From an uncultured virus (IMG/VR IMGVR_UViG_3300044631_003060) (taxonomy: Duplodnaviria > Heunggongvirae > Uroviricota > Caudoviricetes): DNA of 64,000 nt. The DNA is taken from IMG/VR virus record IMGVR_UViG_3300044631_003060. One strand, given 5' to 3'. Shown one piece after another: positions 47,331 to 55,043 of the stretch. The stretch's first letter is position 1. Every line of letters starts with the position of its first letter. Under the pieces are notes generated by a model. That model ran no database searches. It was not told where the DNA came from and saw only the letters and a program-made list of their open reading frames with translations. The position numbers were made by a program, and so were the translations under genes.

Positions 47331-48179
47331 TTACAAAACAAATTTCCCATTTTTTATCAATTCAAGATACCCACCTATACCCGCCAATCTTTTTACATAG
47401 GCTTTTGTTACCGAAGGGACATTAGGTTGTGCTAACCATGTATTAGGCTCAAGTTTGCCTTGTGCGCTATTCATCCATGGGTTGAATTTACTATAATAAC
47501 CTCCGTTATAACCATTAATAACCCAATCGGTTCTTATGTATTCAACATCGCCCTCTTTTTGCAAAGATTTCACGATTAATTCATATAGATACATACAACC
47601 AATATGGATACCAAATGACGGGTCGCTATTCATTTTGCGATTAAATATATTGTAAGGCGACGTATAACCACCTCCCGTTGATAGTATATATGTTGGGTTA
47701 GCGTATATAAGGACATCGCGAACAGGTTGCGCCATAATTTTAGCCTTTTCAACCGCTTGGTCGCCTATATCACTTATATTCCCTATAAATTGTTGATTAC
47801 CCCAATTCAAAGGCGGTATTTTGGCATTTGGTTTGACGCGAAAAGCGGGCTTGCAAGCATAGTAAACATATTTGAAATCTTCTATGCTCATTCCCATTTT
47901 AAAAGCCGACTTAATAACCCCATCAAGTGTAGCGGCATTAGTTTGCATCATGCCATAAGACAAACCATCCGCCGACCTCAACGCCAACCCCATAGTTTCT
48001 ATACAAGTGAAAGCAAAAGCAAAATTCAAGGGTACTCCATGAATATTCGCAATCGGCTCTATAATTGATAGGGCGCGTTTTTTAGTGAGCGACAATTCGT
48101 TTAATGCTTGCGCTTCGCTTCTATCACTACGATAGCTACCAAGAGGTGCTTTTATTTTTACGGATGTTAATTCTCTCAT
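47331..48179 (-). CDS. Lytic transglycosylase (SLT-like) with large insertion
   Basis: CIET (catalytic Glu position), SYGMMQ, IHIGCMYL, GYNGG, TKAYVKR. Confidence 0.65.
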   Translation of the reverse strand: MRELTSVKIKAPLGSYRSDRSEAQALNELSLTKKRALSIIEPIANIHGVPLNFAFAFTCIETMGLALRSADGLSYGMMQTNAATLDGVIKSAFKMGMSIEDFKYVYYACKPAFRVKPNAKIPPLNWGNQQFIGNISDIGDQAVEKAKIMAQPVRDVLIYANPTYILSTGGGYTSPYNIFNRKMNSDPSFGIHIGCMYLYELIVKSLQKEGDVEYIRTDWVINGYNGGYYSKFNPWMNSAQGKLEPNTWLAQPNVPSVTKAYVKRLAGIGGYLELIKNGKFVL

Positions 48180-48340
48180 CACTCTAATTCCGCATCCCTT
48201 ATTTTGTCCTTAACTTCGGGGTTATATGGCTTTTCAATTTTGACAATACGAGGTACGAGGTAAAACAACACAAAAGCGCCACCAAGGGATAGCACTAATG
48301 CTAACAAAGTTATAGTTATGTGTTTTTTACCAACTACCAT
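48179..48340 (-). CDS. 53-aa membrane protein (not in ORF track)
   Basis: MVVGKKHITITLLALVLSLGGAFVLFYLVPRIVK... Confidence 0.6.
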   Translation of the reverse strand: MVVGKKHITITLLALVLSLGGAFVLFYLVPRIVKIEKPYNPEVKDKIRDAELE

Positions 48341-48615
48341 AATATCTTATCCGCGTAATACCCTGGTGTTCCTCTTCTATGCCTATCTTTTTCATGCCGA
48401 CTTTTGTACGCCTTGCGACGCTTGTTGGCAAATTCCGCACCTTTGGTAGCTTTGAATGTGGGATAATCACCCATACCCAACGCTCCTATGCTTGCAAGTT
48501 TATCACCTTGCTTATCGTAGACATCAATTTTTTTGCCCTTAACTTTTGAGGGCTTGATAGTTACGCCAAGTTTTTTAGCTTGGGCATAGGAGTGCGATTT
48601 TATGCGATATGGCAT
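48334..48615 (-). CDS. Small basic protein (DUF5754-like)
   Basis: KKIDVY..SIGALGMGDY..RRKAYKSRH..PGYYADKILW. Confidence 0.6.
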   Translation of the reverse strand: MPYRIKSHSYAQAKKLGVTIKPSKVKGKKIDVYDKQGDKLASIGALGMGDYPTFKATKGAEFANKRRKAYKSRHEKDRHRRGTPGYYADKILW

Positions 48616-48640
48616 AAATTAATAAAATTAGGTAGGGCGA

Positions 48641-48838
48641 TTACTTCGCTTTCCTTCTTCCCGTTGCGGGGTGTTTGTGCGCCCTTGTTTTGCGTTTAGG
48701 TGCGTAGGCTTGTTCGTGTTTTTGTTTGCTTGTGAAAGCGCCATCAACGAATTGACCTTTTTTGTTACGCCCGTTTCTTCCTTTTGATTTAGTAGTTCCA
48801 CCGAACCACTTTTTGATTGTTGTTAAAATGCTTGCCAT
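48641..48838 (-). CDS. Small highly basic protein
   Basis: K/R-rich; RNKKGQF. Confidence 0.55.
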   Translation of the reverse strand: MASILTTIKKWFGGTTKSKGRNGRNKKGQFVDGAFTSKQKHEQAYAPKRKTRAHKHPATGRRKAK

Positions 48839-48843
48839 TGTTT

Positions 48844-49281
48844 TTATTTATTGTTTGACATTGTGTTTACTGCGCCAAGAGTTAGCACCAACACTACGCC
48901 ACCAATAATCCAACCGAGAGCCGCACCTTTTTTCTTTGGCTTAATTTCATCATCTTCTTCAACGCTTGCGCGATAAACTGGACGATTACCCATTGGTCTT
49001 CTTACCACGGGTGGAGCTTGCGTATCATCATCACTTTGCTCATGTGCATTTACTTCGGATGTGATTTCACTAACAAGTTTGTCGGAAAGTTTTTGAGATT
49101 TCAAAATTGCTTCTCTCATTTCTTCCCTAACTTCCTCATCGGTTTCCGCTTTTAACTCCTCTTCGGTTGTCTTCATGGTTTCTTGTAGTTCGTCCAAAAA
49201 ATTAATTTTGTTTTGTAACTTTTTGGGTAACTCTTCAAATGTCAAACCTTTAACTTCGAGTGCTTTTTCAATGATGTCCAT
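48844..49281 (-). CDS. Coiled-coil protein with C-terminal TM
   Basis: Acidic coiled coil; C-terminal hydrophobic helix. Confidence 0.65.
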   Translation of the reverse strand: MDIIEKALEVKGLTFEELPKKLQNKINFLDELQETMKTTEEELKAETDEEVREEMREAILKSQKLSDKLVSEITSEVNAHEQSDDDTQAPPVVRRPMGNRPVYRASVEEDDEIKPKKKGAALGWIIGGVVLVLTLGAVNTMSNNK

Positions 49282-49333
49282 GTGTTCTTAAATTATTTGG
49301 GTGCTAAATTAAGGCATTTTTTCTAAAAAACAA

Positions 49334-49729
49334 CTATTTCCTATATTTCTTAACTTTTTTTGCGATGTCTTTTGGTTGTGCCACAAATTGCTTTCCCTTC
49401 TTTGTACCTATGCGTTTGGCTCTTGTCGTAGCCGCATATTCACTTGGTGTAAGTGCTTTTATTGCTTTTTCGGGCAAATATCTTTCTCCCGTTTCTCCGC
49501 TTGGTTTACCCGATTTAGTGCGCCAATTTTGTTTGCTCCATTTAACAAGAGAATTGTCGGAAGATTTTTTACCTCTATAACCGCCACCCGCATCTTTGTA
49601 TAGTTTGACGGCTAATTGTGCTTTTCTTGCCGACCATTCACCCTTGTCGCCACCTTTTGTTCCCGCTTTAACGCGAGCAACAATTTTGCGCCATAGCGTA
49701 GGGTTTGTTTTAATTGCGGTTGTTGCCAT
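49334..49729 (-). CDS. Basic protein (DUF5872-like)
   Basis: KGGDKGEWSARKAQL..YKDAGGGY..SLVKWSKQNW..GERYLP. Confidence 0.65.
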   Translation of the reverse strand: MATTAIKTNPTLWRKIVARVKAGTKGGDKGEWSARKAQLAVKLYKDAGGGYRGKKSSDNSLVKWSKQNWRTKSGKPSGETGERYLPEKAIKALTPSEYAATTRAKRIGTKKGKQFVAQPKDIAKKVKKYRK

Positions 49730-49745
49730 GTTATGTTTTAGTAAG

Positions 49746-50912
49746 TTATCTTTTTGTTATATTCTCGACTACCTTGTATAGTTTACCGCCGCTTATCGGT
49801 TCTAACACCATGATATAAAACCTATCCTTATCGCCAATAGCATTATTAATATAATTTTTTGCTTCTTCAAGATTTTGCGTAAGTAGCGCGGTCATTTCTT
49901 TCATGCTACCGCCAAAAGCGGTGCGGTGATATGGGATAATTTTTATTTCACCACCATCGGCATATTTATTTGTATCATCAAATAGCCATTTAACATCGCC
50001 GAGTTTGTCTTTTTTGGTTACAACTATACTATCTCCGCTACTATCCATAATTTCAATTTCATCGTATCTTTTCCAATTCTTTAATACCCATATTTTCGCA
50101 AGCATCAAATCGTTGGTAGAATATATAGGCTCACTTTGATTGGCTCTATCATAAATTTCTATATTGTGTATTTCTCCGCCGTGCGCCAAATTTTTTGGTC
50201 GCCCTAACACTTTAGTAGCAACCGCATACCCAACTTGTTTGGCTTCTTTTTCATCGTAGGTTTTGCCATATTTGTCTTGATATTCTTTTTTTACGGGTTT
50301 ACCAACATAATATTCCGCTACCTTTTTTACCAATTTCTCAAACGCTTCCCTTGTGGTTTCCTTTTTCTTTTTGGCTTTTGGCTTGACAATTAAACCGCCT
50401 TTTTTGTAATTACGGAAATAATAACCATCGTATTCAAAAAAGTCATGCTCTAAATCACTTCCAAAACTATCAAAGTCAAAATACCTCTCAATAGTATCTT
50501 TTCCCAATTCCGATACACCGCCAATACTATCTACATATTCTTCGGCTAACTCGGTAGCGCTACTAAATTGCCCATAATAATGTTCATCAATCCAATCTTC
50601 TAAATCGCTTGGGTCATAATCACTAATAATACTTGCTATTACTTCAAAGGGTAAGCCTTTTTCCTCCGAAGCCTTATATGCCTCAAGAAGCCTATCTAAA
50701 GCCGCTTCGTCCATATCTTCTTCGTATAGGCTATCGGGTATATCATTTGCATCCGTGAATATCGGGTCTTCATAAGGTATGCCATTCATTTTTGCCCATT
50801 TACGGGCTTTATTTTTGGCATAAATTAATATATCCTCACCACTTTCGTAGTTGTCCAAATCTATGTATTCGCCATCGTCTATGGATGGTATTGTTATGTA
50901 TAGTTCCGCCAT
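49746..50912 (-). CDS. ardA: Polyprotein with N-terminal ArdA-like antirestriction domain
   Basis: Acidic N-terminal domain: GEYIDL..YYGQFSSATELAEEYVD..ERYFDFDSFGSDL..DGYYFR; then YKKGG, LAHGG and YADGG separated modules. Confidence 0.7.
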   Translation of the reverse strand: MAELYITIPSIDDGEYIDLDNYESGEDILIYAKNKARKWAKMNGIPYEDPIFTDANDIPDSLYEEDMDEAALDRLLEAYKASEEKGLPFEVIASIISDYDPSDLEDWIDEHYYGQFSSATELAEEYVDSIGGVSELGKDTIERYFDFDSFGSDLEHDFFEYDGYYFRNYKKGGLIVKPKAKKKKETTREAFEKLVKKVAEYYVGKPVKKEYQDKYGKTYDEKEAKQVGYAVATKVLGRPKNLAHGGEIHNIEIYDRANQSEPIYSTNDLMLAKIWVLKNWKRYDEIEIMDSSGDSIVVTKKDKLGDVKWLFDDTNKYADGGEIKIIPYHRTAFGGSMKEMTALLTQNLEEAKNYINNAIGDKDRFYIMVLEPISGGKLYKVVENITKR

Positions 50913-50946
50913 TTTGTTATTTATTCTATATCAAATTATTTACGTT

Positions 50947-51447
50947 TTACAATATACCATCATCGCCAAAACTCATATACCCGTCTTGCGATATAATTAT
51001 GAAATCCACGATTGGCATGTCCATAATTTTTGATTGTTCTTTGAATTGGTTTTTTAACGCAATATCTTGTTCGGATGGTAGTAATTTCCCCGATGGATGA
51101 TTATGAACTAATATGATTGCTTGCGAACCAATTATCAAACCACCCGCCCACACCATACGAGTGTCTATTACAGTTGCGCTTGCACCACCCGTAAACATCA
51201 TTGATATACCTATAATCTTATATGCTTTGTTTAGGTATATTACAAAAGCCATTTCCCTAACCGATATTTGATTTTCAATTACGGAATTGCTTTTGATGTA
51301 ATTTAACAAATGAGTATAAACATCCCTACTACTTGTTATTTTTGGTAATACATCATATTCTATTTTGCCCGTTCTAACCATAGTTAGTTCGGGTACATAG
51401 AATTGCAAATTGTCTATCTTGCTTTTTAGTTTTTCTAAATTATTCAT
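50947..51447 (-). CDS. JAB/MPN (RadC-like) domain protein
   Basis: REMAFVIYLN..GGASATVID..IILVHNHPSG..PSEQD..DFIII. Confidence 0.85.
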   Translation of the reverse strand: MNNLEKLKSKIDNLQFYVPELTMVRTGKIEYDVLPKITSSRDVYTHLLNYIKSNSVIENQISVREMAFVIYLNKAYKIIGISMMFTGGASATVIDTRMVWAGGLIIGSQAIILVHNHPSGKLLPSEQDIALKNQFKEQSKIMDMPIVDFIIISQDGYMSFGDDGIL

Positions 51448-52712
51448 ACCAATAAATGTTCATTAGGTGATAGTTCGGGATACTTTTTTGGTGGATTATT
51501 GGTTATAGGTGTTTGTCGGTTTGCAATTATATTACCACCTTTTTTATATTCCGTTGGTATTGCCGCATGAACATTAATAGTGTAATCCAAAATATACAAT
51601 TCCTTTTTTTTATTTTTCCATAATTCAATATCTTCTTGACTTGCGGCAATATATCCATAATAATCCTCATACTTGCATAATACCGATGTTTGTATATATT
51701 CTCCCTCGCCAATATCCCAATCAAAATCATCCATCTTGTAATTAGTGCCTATAATATGCTCATTGATATAATCAACAAGCCCTCTTTTTGACTTAAATAC
51801 CTTATAGATTTTTTCATCCCAACCACCAATAGCTTCAATACTTTGTCCGTTTTCATAATCATCAACGCTTGCATAGGCACTATAACCAAATAAGAAATAT
51901 TTTTTATCTCCGCCCATTAAAGCGCCACCTTTTGCATATTTGCCGTCATAGTACAAGTATTGGAATATTTCCGACCAACCGCTTACACCATTCCAATCAA
52001 ATTTATAAAACGTCTTAGTACCAAACCCTTTTGATTTGACTATCTCCTCTCTTCCACCTAATTCACTTTCATTCTTCTTAGCCAACCATAATCTATACGC
52101 TCGCATAATATGAATGTTTTTGGTATAATATGGTTTCATAGAAGCATCGACTTTTGGATATTTTTTTAAAAAAGATTTTATTTCATTAGTATTAGGTTTG
52201 CCATAATTTAGTATTCCTCCCTTTGCGTAAACGACTTCTAATACGGATTGTGGCAAGTAGTTTAAATTTCCGTCTATTTCAACTCCAACTAATTCTTCTT
52301 CGTCGCTTGGCTCACTAAAAATATAACCTTCCGTACCTTTGGGTATTTCCGCACCAACATCATCCACGCCTAAGTCGATTGTTGTTTTAACCAATATTTT
52401 GCCTAAAAATGGATTGTTAAATCCCGAACCCCGTGGCTCTTTCATTTGGGCATAGTATTCGTCATTCGTTATTCTACCTCCGTCCATAAACTCCTCATAT
52501 CCCTCTAACTCGTTTAGATTAGTGCCTATTTTACGCAAACCATAAGCCTCCCCATTCAAGTAATAATCAAAAGTATATCCTTCGGCTTCTACTTCTTTAA
52601 GGGCTTTTGCAAGACCATTGTAATCTCCGTCAATAAAAGCGTCTTCGTGCTTTTCAAGAATAAGTTTTAATTTTCGGGGCATATTGCGGTCATCTCCAAA
52701 AAGGTCTTTCAT
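51444..52712 (-). CDS. Polyprotein of unknown modules separated by xxxGG motifs
   Basis: FMDGG, YAKGG x2, YKKGG. Confidence 0.7.
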   Translation of the reverse strand: MKDLFGDDRNMPRKLKLILEKHEDAFIDGDYNGLAKALKEVEAEGYTFDYYLNGEAYGLRKIGTNLNELEGYEEFMDGGRITNDEYYAQMKEPRGSGFNNPFLGKILVKTTIDLGVDDVGAEIPKGTEGYIFSEPSDEEELVGVEIDGNLNYLPQSVLEVVYAKGGILNYGKPNTNEIKSFLKKYPKVDASMKPYYTKNIHIMRAYRLWLAKKNESELGGREEIVKSKGFGTKTFYKFDWNGVSGWSEIFQYLYYDGKYAKGGALMGGDKKYFLFGYSAYASVDDYENGQSIEAIGGWDEKIYKVFKSKRGLVDYINEHIIGTNYKMDDFDWDIGEGEYIQTSVLCKYEDYYGYIAASQEDIELWKNKKKELYILDYTINVHAAIPTEYKKGGNIIANRQTPITNNPPKKYPELSPNEHLLV

Positions 52713-52730
52713 GCTTTTTAGCTAAATGTG

Positions 52731-55043
52731 TTATTTTGTTTTAGTACCGCTAACCGATTTTTTATTTGATAATTGCGCTCTATACACTTTGGCGGCTACT
52801 TTTTTTCCTACTTCTTGGGCTTCGGCTTTATCGTATGTTTTGCCATATTCTTTTTGGTATTTGGGGGCTACTTTTTGCCCCTCATATCTCTTGGCTACTT
52901 TTTCCGACAAACCCTTGAAACCTAATTTACCGCCTTTGGCATAACCCGCGCCCTTTGAATAATTAGTATCGGTTCTTCTACCGCCTTTTACCACATAAAC
53001 ATCAACCAAATTATAATCTTTATTCATATTGTAAACCAACGCACCCATTAGGGCTTGTTGTATGGCTTCCACGATACTATTTGCGTGAATTAAAACTTGA
53101 ATAAACTTGTATGGCTCTTTCTTATTCATAAATACCGCCGCCCATTCCGCCTTATTGAAACTCCCGCCTTTATCGTATGTGTTGTTAATGTTTCGTTTTT
53201 GATACCATTCATCAATTTCTTGTTTGGAGTAACCCGATTTTAATGCTTTTTGATAAAACATATTGTAGTCGGTTTTCGCTTCGTCATAAAACAACCGAAA
53301 CAACTCTTGATTTTCGTGTTTCCATTCCCACCCCAAATCTTGACCTTCGATTATATTAACTTTACCGCCTTTGGCGTAATATTTTCCACCTTTTGCGCCT
53401 TTTAGTAATATATGCAAGTTTTCTTCCGTCGTACTCAATGTTCCATCGCCATCTCCACCCATATCATTATCTAACTCCCATTGCGCTTCCAAAACTTGTT
53501 CTTTTTCTTTTGGTGTAAGTTGTTGATAGATATTATACGCTTCGATAGATTGGTCTTGTATCATTTCCAAAAGTTTGTATTCCCAATCGTAATTATCGTT
53601 TATGAAATTACTTTTCTTGTACAAATTATTGATTTGGATAACTTTACCGCCTTTGGCATAATTTTCTTCTTCGCTAATTATGCCGTCTTTTAATAAAATG
53701 CTTACAATATCCTCGTAATACATATCAAATGGCGCTAATGCAATAAACCCTTCTATGTTTTCCCTTATGTATTGCTCAAGTTCATCATCATCATACACAT
53801 ACCCATCATTTGATAGGTCTTCTAAAAGTATTCCGAAATCTTCTATGAGCAAACCTTGTTGTAACAAAGCATCGGTCAATTCGCTTGATGAATAGTCCAA
53901 GCCCGTAGTTGTCATTGAATAATAACCCGTCCTATTTTGCATCAACCAATCTTTTACCATGTCCTCGTCAAACAAGTATTTTTCATCGTTCAAATCTTTT
54001 ATAAAATCATCAAACGCTTGTTCTTCTTCATGGAGTTGCGCTTCGTAGTAAAGAGTTTCCATGTCTTCAAAACCTAATAGGTAGTTTTCGGTTTGCTCAA
54101 TGTAATCTTGAGCAGGTTTACCATATACAAATGCGTTGTACCCGCTATATGCCGTTGGTTCTACAAGCGTATTATCGGGATAATATTCACTAAAATACGC
54201 TATGGCTATCTTATCGTAAAAATCGCCACCATAATCGGTAAAACCAAAAGCAATTACGGGCGTGTCCGTTTCTTGAATAACATCACCCTCTATACCAATC
54301 GCTTTGCGTAGTTTTTCTTTTAATTCCTCGGAAGCAAATTCATCGGATAAATTCTTAACTCTTGCGCTCTCTCCCGATATACCGCCTCTACTAAATTTTA
54401 TTTTAATTCTTCCACCATGAGAGTATTTAGCCATTTCTTTCAATTCGGCTTTTACTCGTTTTGCGGTTTCGCCTCTCCAAGTGCTTGCGTTAGCCAAAAA
54501 GTAATTTACTATTGACCTACCATCATCCATACCATAATTATCGTCAATACTATTCATTGTGGACATAGCGTCTAAATATGGTTTAGCACCAAAATATACA
54601 TTTTTCCAATCGGCACGAATTTCGGCGGCAATAACATGTAGCGGTCTTTTGGTAGTTCCACCATGAGCATAATATTTGCCTTTGAGCAAGCCATTATATA
54701 ATTTTTTAGCGTTTACGGGTGTAAAATTCAAGTCGCGTTGCAAAGTAGTTTCGTCGCCATTGTAACTATAAAGTTTTTCGTTTTCTAACTCCTTTCGAGA
54801 AACACTACCGATTTCTACATCTAAAATTTCATAGTCCACAATAGCCCAAATATAATCGGGGTCATTAGGGTCGGAATTTAATAAATACCAATTACCAAAA
54901 CCGAATGGGTTTACTATTTTTGCCACGACCATTTGTTTTGATAGGTCGTTACCCATTGGATATTGTTTAAAAAGCATCTTGTCAATAGATGCGGTAAATA
55001 GTTTCGGGCTATGGTTGCGTAGTGGTTTAAGTTTATCTCTCAT
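52731..55043 (-). CDS. Polyprotein with N-terminal DUF2958-like domain and further modules
   Basis: VVAKIVNPFGFGNWYLL..EIGSVSRKELE; RPLHVIAAEIRADW..AKPYLDAM..FLANASTWRGETAKRVKAELK; seven xxxGG motifs. Confidence 0.7.
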   Translation of the reverse strand: MRDKLKPLRNHSPKLFTASIDKMLFKQYPMGNDLSKQMVVAKIVNPFGFGNWYLLNSDPNDPDYIWAIVDYEILDVEIGSVSRKELENEKLYSYNGDETTLQRDLNFTPVNAKKLYNGLLKGKYYAHGGTTKRPLHVIAAEIRADWKNVYFGAKPYLDAMSTMNSIDDNYGMDDGRSIVNYFLANASTWRGETAKRVKAELKEMAKYSHGGRIKIKFSRGGISGESARVKNLSDEFASEELKEKLRKAIGIEGDVIQETDTPVIAFGFTDYGGDFYDKIAIAYFSEYYPDNTLVEPTAYSGYNAFVYGKPAQDYIEQTENYLLGFEDMETLYYEAQLHEEEQAFDDFIKDLNDEKYLFDEDMVKDWLMQNRTGYYSMTTTGLDYSSSELTDALLQQGLLIEDFGILLEDLSNDGYVYDDDELEQYIRENIEGFIALAPFDMYYEDIVSILLKDGIISEEENYAKGGKVIQINNLYKKSNFINDNYDWEYKLLEMIQDQSIEAYNIYQQLTPKEKEQVLEAQWELDNDMGGDGDGTLSTTEENLHILLKGAKGGKYYAKGGKVNIIEGQDLGWEWKHENQELFRLFYDEAKTDYNMFYQKALKSGYSKQEIDEWYQKRNINNTYDKGGSFNKAEWAAVFMNKKEPYKFIQVLIHANSIVEAIQQALMGALVYNMNKDYNLVDVYVVKGGRRTDTNYSKGAGYAKGGKLGFKGLSEKVAKRYEGQKVAPKYQKEYGKTYDKAEAQEVGKKVAAKVYRAQLSNKKSVSGTKTK

